Part shown: in pieces, positions 8,263 to 16,662 of the stretch
Layout: the number at the start of each line of letters is the position of its first letter
Numbering within the stretch: position 1 is the first letter of the stretch
Virus record (IMG/VR): IMGVR_UViG_3300042539_001144
Coordinates: 1 to 61,534 of that record
Source of the DNA: a virus
Taxonomy: Duplodnaviria > Caudoviricetes
Length of the DNA: 61,534 nucleotides
Reading direction: 5' to 3' (one strand)
The notes under the pieces: generated by a model
What the model saw: the letters and a program-made list of their open reading frames with translations, nothing else
What the model was told of the DNA's origin: nothing
The model's database searches: none
Position numbers and translations under genes: made by a program

Positions 8263-8271
8263 TTGTTTCGG
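8253..8271 (+). promoter_or_regulatory. Early junction motif copy
   Basis: GGGCGGCTGATTGTTTCGG, then a GC hairpin at 8274-8303. Confidence 0.6.
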
Positions 8272-8333
8272 GAGGGGCGGCTCGTCACGGTGGCGGGCCG
8301 CCCCATCCCGACCAACACACAAGGGACACAGCG

Positions 8334-9914
8334 ATGGACGCGATGCGAGCGAAGGTTGCCCAGTTCAGGACGGCGGTGAAGAAGATTCTCCCGTACTTCA
8401 CGGGCGAGGTCTACGGCATGATCGCCATCGAGGAGAAGCGCGTCGGCACGATGGCGGTCGACGAGCAGGGGCGGATGTACTACGCCCCCGAGTTCGTGCG
8501 TCGGTGCTCGATCGAGCAGGGCCGGTTCACTGTCTGCCACGAGACGCTGCACGTTGCGCTCGGCCATGCTCGGCTGGCCCGCAAGATTCTCGGCGACAAC
8601 CCGACGCAGTCCATGCTCAAGGCGTGGAACTACGCCGCCGACTGCGTGGTCAACCAGATTCTCGGTGCGTACCTGCACGAGGCGCCGGGCGAGGACGTGC
8701 TCGGCCCGGGTGCCACGATCGTGACGCACCAGACGCTCGGCCTGCCGCCGCGGCTGACCATCACGCAGTACTACGACCTGCTCATGCAGCAGCAGCAGGA
8801 GCAGCCGCAGAACCCGGGCCAGCGTGGCACGGGCAAGGACGATGACACGGAGGACGACGAAGATGAAGACATGGAAGGGGCCGGTGAAGGTGAGCCTGAT
8901 GATCGGGACGGCGAACCTGACGAGCAGGGAGGTGGTGATGGTGGGGAACAAGACGTTCCTCACGATCCTTCTGAAGGCGATGGCGAGGGTGGCGAAGAGG
9001 ACGAAGGCGACGACGACGGTGAAGGTGAGGGTGGCGCTCGTCCCGGCGAAGGAGGTGCCGAACGGGACGGTGGTGCTGATCGCCCGTCGCAAGATGGCGT
9101 CGAGGATTCGTCGGACGCTGAAGGCGAAGGGTGCGACGGCGACCCGGCCGACGACGGTGGGGACGGGTCGTGGTCTCCGACTGGCGGCAGCGGCGCTGAC
9201 GGAGTGCCTCGCGGATACGAGGCCGAGCGAGACCCCTCGTGGGTCGACCGCGAGTACTCGCTCGCCAAGCAACTCGAAGCCGCCATCGAGGAAGCCGAGC
9301 GATCGTCGCCGGGCTCCGTCCCGGGCGAGTTGAAGGCGGCGGTCGGCCTCCGGCTACGGCCACAGCCTGACCCGTACGACGCTCTGCGTGCGTCCGTGGC
9401 TCGGGCTGTGGCCTCGCCGGTCGGTGCCCCCGACTTCACGCTGAAGCGGTTCAGCCGCAGGCAGCAGCCGGGCATGCCGCGCCTGCGTGGCGTGAACAAA
9501 CTCACGCCCAACGTCGTGGTCCTGCTCGACACGAGCGGGTCGATGGGCTTCAGATGCCCGGGCTACGAGCGAGCGGAGCGTGCCCTCGACGTGATCGCGA
9601 AGGGCATACGGAAGTTGAAGTCCGTGCGTGTCATCTGCTGGGACACGCAGAAGCACAGTGCCCGCATGGTGCAGTCCATGCAGGGCTTCGAGGTGCAGGG
9701 TGGTGGCGGCACCGACATGGGGCAGGCCATCGAGACGATCGACAAGGAACTCCGGCCCGACGCCATCCTCATGGTGACGGACTTGGAGACCGGCTGGTGT
9801 GAGCGGAAGCCTAGGGCCCGTGTCGTGATCGCTGCGACCGAGGCGCCGAGCGAGTACTACCCCGTGCCGGGATGGGCGACTGTCGTGGACCTGACACGCG
9901 GAGGTGGGCAATGA
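8334..9914 (+). CDS. DUF2201-family metallopeptidase-VWA protein
   Basis: HETLH zinc motif, WNYAAD, long acidic linker, MIDAS DTSGS, GGGGTD, MVTD. Confidence 0.88.
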   Translation: MDAMRAKVAQFRTAVKKILPYFTGEVYGMIAIEEKRVGTMAVDEQGRMYYAPEFVRRCSIEQGRFTVCHETLHVALGHARLARKILGDNPTQSMLKAWNYAADCVVNQILGAYLHEAPGEDVLGPGATIVTHQTLGLPPRLTITQYYDLLMQQQQEQPQNPGQRGTGKDDDTEDDEDEDMEGAGEGEPDDRDGEPDEQGGGDGGEQDVPHDPSEGDGEGGEEDEGDDDGEGEGGARPGEGGAERDGGADRPSQDGVEDSSDAEGEGCDGDPADDGGDGSWSPTGGSGADGVPRGYEAERDPSWVDREYSLAKQLEAAIEEAERSSPGSVPGELKAAVGLRLRPQPDPYDALRASVARAVASPVGAPDFTLKRFSRRQQPGMPRLRGVNKLTPNVVVLLDTSGSMGFRCPGYERAERALDVIAKGIRKLKSVRVICWDTQKHSARMVQSMQGFEVQGGGGTDMGQAIETIDKELRPDAILMVTDLETGWCERKPRARVVIAATEAPSEYYPVPGWATVVDLTRGGGQ

Positions 9915-10648
9915 CGTTCGACGAACAGGTGGCTGCGCTGCGTGGGAAGGTGGAGCCGAAGCAGTTCAGGGGCGGGAAAGGCGCTGCCACGCCAGAGCAG
10001 TGGGCCGCCCACCTTGACGACGCAGTGCTTTACAAGCGGGCGAGGGCAGAAAGCAGCCCCGAGTGGAGACATCGCTACCGAGAGGCCGACCGCACCTACA
10101 CGCGAGAGTGGAAAAGGAAGAACGCCGGGAGAGTGCGGGAGTACAAGGCAGCGCGGCGCAAGGCCGGGGCCGACGCAGTTCGAGAGCGCGAATACCGCGA
10201 GAAGAACCGGGGGAGGATTCGCGAACGGTACCGGTCGTGGTGTGCTCGTGCTCGCTCAACGGACGTCCACTACCGACTCGTCAAGTCCGTCCGCGGAAGG
10301 CTCCGCGTGGCCGTGAACGGTGGCTACCGATCTGGCTCCGCCGTCCGTGACCTCGGCTGCTCGATCGAGGAACTCAAGTCCCACATCGAACGGCAGTGGG
10401 TCGGCTGTATGTCTTGGGAGAACTGGGGCAGCGGGCCGGGGACTTGGCAGATCGACCACGTCTACCCGCTGGCACAGACAGACCTGACCGACCGGGCCCA
10501 ACTGCTGGCGGCCTGCAACTGGCGGAACCTTCAGCCGATGTGGTTTGAGGACAACGTACGCAAGGGCGATACCGTCACGCCCGAAGCGCAGCAACTGTTT
10601 GACGGGCTGGTCTCGGAGTTCACGGAGGTGCGTGATGAAGTTGCGTAA
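9911..10648 (+). CDS. HNH endonuclease
   Basis: MSWENWG...WQIDHVYPL...NWRNLQPMW..N.RKG; ATGA coupling. Confidence 0.8.
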   Translation: MTFDEQVAALRGKVEPKQFRGGKGAATPEQWAAHLDDAVLYKRARAESSPEWRHRYREADRTYTREWKRKNAGRVREYKAARRKAGADAVREREYREKNRGRIRERYRSWCARARSTDVHYRLVKSVRGRLRVAVNGGYRSGSAVRDLGCSIEELKSHIERQWVGCMSWENWGSGPGTWQIDHVYPLAQTDLTDRAQLLAACNWRNLQPMWFEDNVRKGDTVTPEAQQLFDGLVSEFTEVRDEVA

Positions 10649-11309
10649 GTCGCAGAAGGAGTCGTGGCTGATGCGGGTGCTGATGGATCGGAAGGCCCGG
10701 CCCCTGCCGTACGTCGGAGGCATAGACCTCATGCCCATGGGCCGCACGCTGCTGCGGAAGTGGGCCGACAGGTACTGCGGCGGGTACGGGAAACTCACGC
10801 CGGAACATGCGGTCCGACTGCACGATCGGCTTGTAGTTATGGCGAAGGACATCGACGGTGCGGTCGTCGAGTGCGGCATGGTTCGTGGCCCGGCGTGGCA
10901 GCCCGGATACCTGTGGGCCTACGGTGCCATCGCCGTGCTCGACGAGTACGGCCGGGCGACCAGCGGGTCGGTGCTGATCCCCGGTGCCTCGGCCGTGCCG
11001 TACTACGTGCGCCGCAGCCTGACCAGTCCGAGGCAGTACCACCGCAGCCTCCGCCTGTGGGATGACCTGTGCCCAGTGATCGAGGACATCGCGTCCCCGG
11101 AGACCGTCACCCTCAACCGGAATCAGGTCGCCCGCAAGGACGACGTGAGACCCGGCGACTGCTATCTCTACGACCTGACCCGGGCGCACTCGCCGCGGGT
11201 GGTCGTGGAGAACTTGTACTTCGGCCGGGCCTGTCGGTTCGGCCTGCTCGACGAGATGATTGATACGGCACGGTGCCGTATCGTGTTCGGTTCCCTCGCT
11301 AGTGCGTGA
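10635..11309 (+). CDS. hypothetical protein
   Basis: GGAGG RBS before ATG 10635. Confidence 0.65.
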   Translation: MKLRKSQKESWLMRVLMDRKARPLPYVGGIDLMPMGRTLLRKWADRYCGGYGKLTPEHAVRLHDRLVVMAKDIDGAVVECGMVRGPAWQPGYLWAYGAIAVLDEYGRATSGSVLIPGASAVPYYVRRSLTSPRQYHRSLRLWDDLCPVIEDIASPETVTLNRNQVARKDDVRPGDCYLYDLTRAHSPRVVVENLYFGRACRFGLLDEMIDTARCRIVFGSLASA

Positions 11310-11317
11310 GGTGTGCG

Positions 11318-11413
11318 ATGAACTATCCGTCGGTCCTTGAGATCGTGCAGACGTGGTGCATCATTGTCTGCGTGTACTTCTTCCTCGTAGCCCATAACAG
11401 AATGAGGGTGTGA
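11318..11413 (+). CDS. small membrane peptide (31 aa)
   Basis: GAGGTG RBS; MNYPSVLEIVQTWCIIVCVYFFLVAHNRMRV; fills the gap between neighbours. Confidence 0.4.
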   Translation: MNYPSVLEIVQTWCIIVCVYFFLVAHNRMRV

Positions 11414-11414
11414 C

Positions 11415-11774
11415 ATGACTGGACGATACTGGATGGTCGTGCGGCCCGGCAGATGGTCGCCGGACGAAAAGCGGTTCCCCACCGGGGCCGATGCTCTTGA
11501 GTACGCGCTTCGCTTGGTTCGCCGGGCCAAGCGCAGCGCATTCGTGAAGCACAGGGAGCACTGCCCCGTGCGAGTCTTCGTGGTGACCATGTACGGCGAC
11601 ACCCCCGACGGCATCGCCTACGAGACGGCGATGTACGAGACCGGCGGGCGAGGGGATTACCCAAACTCCGGGCGGTCCATCGACACGGAGTTGCAGGCCG
11701 AGGTCGATGCATCGTGGCAGCACTACTTCATCCACAACCCTGACCAGAAAAGTCTTGAAGAGGAGGACGACTGA
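11415..11774 (+). CDS. hypothetical protein
   Basis: 119 aa; TGATG-coupled to the recombinase. Confidence 0.6.
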   Translation: MTGRYWMVVRPGRWSPDEKRFPTGADALEYALRLVRRAKRSAFVKHREHCPVRVFVVTMYGDTPDGIAYETAMYETGGRGDYPNSGRSIDTELQAEVDASWQHYFIHNPDQKSLEEEDD

Positions 11775-12556
11775 TGGCTACGTGCTACGGATACGGTCGA
11801 GCCAGCACCGACAAGCAGGAACTCACCGAGCAGGTGCAGTCCAAGTCGGTCAAGGAAAAGTACTCCGCCCTGCTCAAGCCCAAGGGCGTCAAGTGGGGCG
11901 GGTGGTACTACGACGCGGCGGTCTCGGGCAGCAAGCCGTTCACCGAGCGGCCCGCTGGCCTGCGCATGTGGATGAACCTCCAGCCCGGGGACTACGTGGT
12001 CACGCACCACAGCGACCGTGCGTTCCGTGACACGGCCGACGGCCTACGGACCTCGGCCCTGTTCCGGGCGAGGGGCGTCGTGCTTGTGATGCCTGACATC
12101 CCGCACGATCTGGAGACTGCGGACGGCGAGATGATGGCGACCATTCAGTTCGCATTGAATCTCCGCGAGCGCCGCAAGGTGGCGGAGCGTACCGCCGCTG
12201 CCATGCGCGTGCTGTCCGAGCGCGGCGTCCGGTTCGGCGGGGCCCGGCAGAGCACGCCAATCGGCTGGCGGTGGGGCGGCGCGGGCTACGTCGAGGACGC
12301 GGAGGAGCGGGCCCGCGTCGAGCAGATGGCCCAGTGGTACGAGTCCGGCCTGTCGCTGGAACGCATCGAGATGCGTGTGTCCTACCCGCCGTACCAGTGG
12401 AAGAGGCGCAGCACTAGCAGTCGCTTCGGAAACTGGTCTCGTCGGTACGTGGCGTTCGCTCTGGAGGCTCGTCGTCTTGGCTATCCGAAGGTCTTCCTGA
12501 ATGGTCGGAGACGCAAGACCGCAGCGCGTCCAGCGCATCAAGCATCCGCGACTTGA
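11774..12556 (+). CDS. serine recombinase (resolvase family)
   Basis: YGYGRASTDKQ catalytic Ser, SG..PFTERPAG, GD.VV...DRAFR, ERRKVAERT helix. Confidence 0.9.
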   Translation: MATCYGYGRASTDKQELTEQVQSKSVKEKYSALLKPKGVKWGGWYYDAAVSGSKPFTERPAGLRMWMNLQPGDYVVTHHSDRAFRDTADGLRTSALFRARGVVLVMPDIPHDLETADGEMMATIQFALNLRERRKVAERTAAAMRVLSERGVRFGGARQSTPIGWRWGGAGYVEDAEERARVEQMAQWYESGLSLERIEMRVSYPPYQWKRRSTSSRFGNWSRRYVAFALEARRLGYPKVFLNGRRRKTAARPAHQASAT

Positions 12557-13016
12557 TCGTCCGCCAGTCCCTGCCTCGGTCTCTTCCGATGGCGTTGAGG
12601 GACTTGCCCTCTAAGACGTGGGCCTCGATGAGTTCCCTGTCCTCCGGCGGCAGCAGGCGCAAGCATGCCATGGCCTGCTGCCGCTGGTCGGTGGCGAACG
12701 ATATGCCGAGGGCCTTGCCGAGATCGATGCGCTCGTTGGCCGCTTCCTTCGATCGCTGCACACGCTTCACTTCCTTGAGAAGGGCGTGGCGGATGGCCGA
12801 CCCGTAGTACGTGGTCGGCTTCGACTTCGACCGATCGTAGGTGAACGACGCCTCGACGACAGCCAACTCCGCTGCACCATTCAGGTCGCAGTGTCGAATC
12901 AGCCGGGCGTAGCACGGGTGCCGAGCGACGAACATTCGCACGGCAGCAGGCACGAGCCCGAGCGCTTCTTCCGCCATCGCCTTCTGCGATGACGACAGCC
13001 GACGCTTCTTCTTCAT
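12414..13016 (-). CDS. sigma-70 family sigma factor (regions 2 and 4)
   Basis: VVEASFTYDRSKSKPTTYYGSAIRHAL (region 2); LPPEDRELIEAHVLEGKSLNAIG (region 4 HTH). Confidence 0.8.
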   Translation of the reverse strand: MKKKRRLSSSQKAMAEEALGLVPAAVRMFVARHPCYARLIRHCDLNGAAELAVVEASFTYDRSKSKPTTYYGSAIRHALLKEVKRVQRSKEAANERIDLGKALGISFATDQRQQAMACLRLLPPEDRELIEAHVLEGKSLNAIGRDRGRDWRTIKSRMLDALDALRSCVSDHSGRPSDSQDDEPPERTPRTDETSFRSDC

Positions 13017-13148
13017 CGCATCTGCCTCACCCACGAGTCGGCCCGCCACGTTCGGGCGCACGCCTTCTCATGGCAGCGCGGGCACAGCGTCGGCTCGCAC
13101 CGCAGGCCGTGGCTGTCCACGCCCACCGTCGCCGGGCGGGAGCCGCAG

Positions 13149-13493
13149 TCAGCGCAGTCGGGAGCGGAGCCTGTTGAGCACGCCGAGGGAGCGGGGTCGG
13201 CCGCCGCCTGCTTCCTCGGTGTACGATCCGTCGCTGACTGTCGACAGGGGCTCGTACTCGATCGCCCCGTTGGCTTGCCGGAGCGCTTCCTGCGCCTGCC
13301 GGGCCCTGTCCCTGAACTTGTAGACGGCACACCCACCTCCGGCAACGGCGCACCCAAGCAGCAGGGCGAGGGCCAGCACCGCAAGGACCAGCAGCCGCCC
13401 GCCACCCGATCCGTCGGGGGGCAGGCTGGCTGCGGAATCATGCACGGACCCCGAGAGGGGGTGCGTGTACGAACGAACAGTATGCATCGTCAT
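13149..13493 (-). CDS. hypothetical membrane protein
   Basis: One hydrophobic segment LLVLAVLALALLLG; competing frames overlap it. Confidence 0.45.
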   Translation of the reverse strand: MTMHTVRSYTHPLSGSVHDSAASLPPDGSGGGRLLVLAVLALALLLGCAVAGGGCAVYKFRDRARQAQEALRQANGAIEYEPLSTVSDGSYTEEAGGGRPRSLGVLNRLRSRLR

Positions 13494-13518
13494 GCGGCAG
13501 TGCGCAACTGCCGTCCAT

Positions 13519-13893
13519 CTATGCGGCAGACCCGGGCTTCCCTGCTTTTATGGCTGCCTTCCGCCCAGCCGCGGCAGGGTTCCGCCATCTCCGGCCGAGG
13601 GTCATGTCCGGGTCGTTGGCGAACCGCTCCAGCGCATCCTGCACGCCGCCCTCTTCGAGCCCGAGGTGCTCGCACGCCTCGGAGAACGGGATCACTGCAT
13701 CGCCCCCGTACATCCACGACCGGGCTGCGTCCCGCTGCCGCCTGAGTTCCTGCCGGTAGAGCAGGGCGGACTTCTTCTCGTTCCGCCGCAGCCCCCGGTC
13801 GGCCAGCACGAACGCAGCCTGCCCGATCAGGGCAGCGCACAGCCTGCGGTACGCCCCGTCGATCTCCTGCCGCGAGAGGTGGTCGAACGTCAC
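13519..13893 (-). CDS. hypothetical protein
   Basis: GGAGG RBS, GTGA coupling; AARSW...FSEACEHLGL motif. Confidence 0.65.
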   Translation of the reverse strand: MTFDHLSRQEIDGAYRRLCAALIGQAAFVLADRGLRRNEKKSALLYRQELRRQRDAARSWMYGGDAVIPFSEACEHLGLEEGGVQDALERFANDPDMTLGRRWRNPAAAGRKAAIKAGKPGSAA

Positions 13894-14273
13894 TGCTGCA
13901 CCTCCACGTTGGCGGCCTTCGGCGGGCGGCAACCCGGCTGACGCAGGTCGTCGTTGAGTTGGGGCCACACTTCCTCCGAGTGGCAGGCGAACAGCAGGTT
14001 CCACGCGGCGTGCCCGAGGTGGTCCTCCGACCTGTCGCCTTCGAGGTACGAGTAGATGTGCGACAGGGCGTGGTTCAAGAACACGCTGATGGGCAAACCC
14101 CGCTCGACGTTGAACGCCCCGTACTTCTCCGCCCCCTCGTGGCTGGCCTGCGCCACACGCCGCAGCCCGACCGGCGTGAGCAACTCGAACCGCACGTCCT
14201 TCGCCGTGCGCTTGGCGCCCATGCCGTACGTCGCCACGCCGTCCTGCACCTTCGGCCGATCGAACAATCCCAT
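13890..14273 (-). CDS. dATP/dGTP diphosphohydrolase domain protein (DUF5664-like)
   Basis: RFELL.P, GAEKYG..N..RG, EDHLGHAAWNLLF. Confidence 0.85.
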   Translation of the reverse strand: MGLFDRPKVQDGVATYGMGAKRTAKDVRFELLTPVGLRRVAQASHEGAEKYGAFNVERGLPISVFLNHALSHIYSYLEGDRSEDHLGHAAWNLLFACHSEEVWPQLNDDLRQPGCRPPKAANVEVQQ

Positions 14274-14761
14274 CACTGCACCCCCTCCGATATGAAGTCG
14301 GACATTGGCCGCAGCGCACGCTGCGGAACAAACCATGCCGACCTGTGTCCATGCGGGTCTTTGATCCACTGGTCTTGCTTTGCCTCGCCCCCGGGCAGCC
14401 AGCCCGCCAGCCTCACGCCAGTGCCCTCGACGATGGCGAGGACGTACCGACGGTCGTTGGCGTCGTTGTCTCTGACAATCAGGCTGCCGTCGGCGCGGTC
14501 GGTGGCCCGAACCTCTACGTCCTTGAGGAAGTCGGGGCGATTGTGGAATGTGTTGATGCTGGGCACGAACCACTTGTTGGTGGCCTTGCCGAGTGCGATC
14601 TCGCCGCACGCCCCGACCACCTCTTCCTTGAGGCGGGTGATCATGTCCCGCTTGTATGTCGAGGAGTGGTTCAGGCCCTGCGAATATGACGCCACGATCC
14701 GCATCATCGCAGTTGATACAGCAAGGTCGAACTCCGGAAGCGTCATCTGCACGGTACTCAT
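14273..14761 (-). CDS. conserved phage protein, possible PD-(D/E)XK fold
   Basis: GACGEIA...PD...VEVR pattern. Confidence 0.6.
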   Translation of the reverse strand: MSTVQMTLPEFDLAVSTAMMRIVASYSQGLNHSSTYKRDMITRLKEEVVGACGEIALGKATNKWFVPSINTFHNRPDFLKDVEVRATDRADGSLIVRDNDANDRRYVLAIVEGTGVRLAGWLPGGEAKQDQWIKDPHGHRSAWFVPQRALRPMSDFISEGVQ

Positions 14762-15096
14762 GCGCGGCTCCTCGCGCCATGGACGTGGGCCGCGAAGACG
14801 TGCATGTCGGCGAGCCGCACGGTGATCATCCACTCGCCGCCGTTCTTGCGGTGGCACACCGCCGGGATCGCCCCAGCCTTGGCCGCGTCGGTGGACGCCT
14901 GCGCCATGGCGTTGTCGATGTTGAGCCGCTCGACGCGCTTGCACTCGAAGTGCAGGCCCGGCAGTTCGTCGACCACGACGTCGCTGTCACCGGCCGTGCC
15001 GCAGTACTGCTGCGTGCGGCGTGCCGTGTAGCCCATCGCACTGAACTGGGCGGCAAGTTCCCTCTCTCCGTTGGCACCCTTGGCACGACTGTTCAT
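14758..15096 (-). CDS. Holliday junction resolvase (Hjc-like)
   Basis: MNSRAKGANGERE...SDVV...HFECKR. Confidence 0.85.
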   Translation of the reverse strand: MNSRAKGANGERELAAQFSAMGYTARRTQQYCGTAGDSDVVVDELPGLHFECKRVERLNIDNAMAQASTDAAKAGAIPAVCHRKNGGEWMITVRLADMHVFAAHVHGARSRA

Positions 15097-15476
15097 CACT
15101 TTCCGGCGTTCCGTCGCCGCTCCTGTTTCGCCCACTCTGGCAACTCGGTCGGGTCCTCCTTTAGGCCCGCCCTCCCCTTCAGCCCGGCAAGAAACTTCAG
15201 GTCGACCTCGCCGTCCTCTTCTTCCTTCGCCTTCAGGATGTGGCCCAGCGTCAGCGGCTTGCCCGAGATGCCTGCGTGGTATGCGCGGTGGCACTCCTCG
15301 CAGACGAGGATCAGGTTCCGATGGTGGTGCGGGTCACGCCCTCTCCTGCCGACGATGTGGTGCAGTTCGCACCGCTTGCCCGGGCGGTACTTCCGCCAGT
15401 AGCACACAGCACACCGCTCGCTTTGGAATGCGTACGCCTCCAGCCACTTGCGGTCGGGCTCCTTCTTACGAGCCAT
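15096..15476 (-). CDS. HNH endonuclease
   Basis: CAVC...ELHHI...NLILVCEECH. Confidence 0.8.
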   Translation of the reverse strand: MARKKEPDRKWLEAYAFQSERCAVCYWRKYRPGKRCELHHIVGRRGRDPHHHRNLILVCEECHRAYHAGISGKPLTLGHILKAKEEEDGEVDLKFLAGLKGRAGLKEDPTELPEWAKQERRRNAGK

Positions 15477-16197
15477 CGGGTTCCTCCGCCTGCGTGAGGA
15501 GTTCCCTGCCGTCCTCGCCGAGCACGTCGGCGAAGGGCTGTGCCTCGAAGTTCTCGATCGCGAGCCGGGCCCGGGCTACCAGCAGGTCGTAGAGGGCGCG
15601 CAGTTCCTCCTTGGGGTATGAGTCGTCCTCCCTGCGGCACACCTGCTCGACGGCGTACTTCGAGTACACGAGCAACTCGATGCAGAATCGGTCGGTCTCT
15701 TGCCGTCGGTCCCACCCGAGTTCCCTGCGGGTGATGCACCCGGCGGTGTACGCAGCCGCCTCGTCGAGCGGGTAGATGGCAACGTCCTGCCAGTCCCGCT
15801 GCGCCTCGATCAGGTACGTCTTGTAGGTCTTGCCCCTGTGCTGGGCCGGGATCGCGTCGGCGACGTGAGCCAGTTTCGTCCTGCGTGGGATCGGCACCTG
15901 CCACGCCACGCCGTCGAGCAGGTAGAAGCCGCGCTGCTTCCCGTTGCTGTGCCGCGAGTTCACGAAGTGCGTCCCCTCGTGGGCCCACGTAATGAGACAG
16001 CCATCCCCAGCCCGGGCATGCTCGGCATCAGCGGCCGGGAGCCGGGAGAGAATGTCCGTCAACGCTGGGGGCAGCGTCTTGTCGGCACACTTGCGGATGG
16101 CCGGAGCGTCGACGTCGTCGCCGATTAGCAGCCCGCCGATCCACGCCACCACCACGAACAGCAGAAACACCCACCCGATATCACGAGTCCAGTTCAT
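15466..16197 (-). CDS. membrane-anchored HExxH protein
   Basis: N-terminal TM helix; TWAHEGTH; YPLDE. Confidence 0.6.
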   Translation of the reverse strand: MNWTRDIGWVFLLFVVVAWIGGLLIGDDVDAPAIRKCADKTLPPALTDILSRLPAADAEHARAGDGCLITWAHEGTHFVNSRHSNGKQRGFYLLDGVAWQVPIPRRTKLAHVADAIPAQHRGKTYKTYLIEAQRDWQDVAIYPLDEAAAYTAGCITRRELGWDRRQETDRFCIELLVYSKYAVEQVCRREDDSYPKEELRALYDLLVARARLAIENFEAQPFADVLGEDGRELLTQAEEPDGS

Positions 16198-16337
16198 CGC
16201 CGCCTCCTTGCGTTGTCTCGCTCGATCTCCTCCATCAAGCCCCGCACCACCACGACCATGATCACCACCGCCGAGATCGCGAGGGTGACCAGCGACGTGG
16301 TGACGATCAGCAGCACGTCACGCAGCATCGGATTCAT
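16194..16337 (-). CDS. small single-TM protein (47 aa)
   Basis: MNPMLRDVLLIVTTSLVTLAISAVVIMVVVVRGL...RRRR; ATGA coupling. Confidence 0.5.
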   Translation of the reverse strand: MNPMLRDVLLIVTTSLVTLAISAVVIMVVVVRGLMEEIERDNARRRR

Positions 16338-16662
16338 CGTCGTCTTCCTCCATGTCCAACATCTCCTCGGCCTGACGCATGGCAGTCGATGCGGCGATGA
16401 GCCACTTCGCCATGGCCTCCACCTGATCCGCGTTCTCCAGAATGCAGACGGCCTCCGTCTGCAAGGTGACGCACGGGCGGTCGACCGGAAACGACGCCGT
16501 CAGCAGGTGGCGCGGCGTCTCGCGGTACTCGTCCACGTTGCACATGTCCTTCGCCAGCATCGAGTTCGCCGAGCCGTTGCGGTACGCCAGCGTGACGGCC
16601 CATCGGCTGCCCTGCGTGACGATGCACAGCGACTCGTGGTCTTCGCTTGGCATCGTGTTCAT
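16318..16662 (-). CDS. hypothetical protein
   Basis: ATGA-coupled to the helicase; 114 aa. Confidence 0.55.
   Translation of the reverse strand: MNTMPSEDHESLCIVTQGSRWAVTLAYRNGSANSMLAKDMCNVDEYRETPRHLLTASFPVDRPCVTLQTEAVCILENADQVEAMAKWLIAASTAMRQAEEMLDMEEDDDESDAA

Noticed and set aside
814-8271. CRISPR array or classical integron attC array
   Set aside because: Repeats are separated by whole genes, not ~30-nt spacers; no cas genes; no RYYYAAC/GTTRRRY boxes and no IntI-like gene adjacent
13890-14273. Z-genome (2-aminoadenine) pathway
   Set aside because: Only a dATP/dGTP diphosphohydrolase-like gene; no purZ or DNA polymerase recognised
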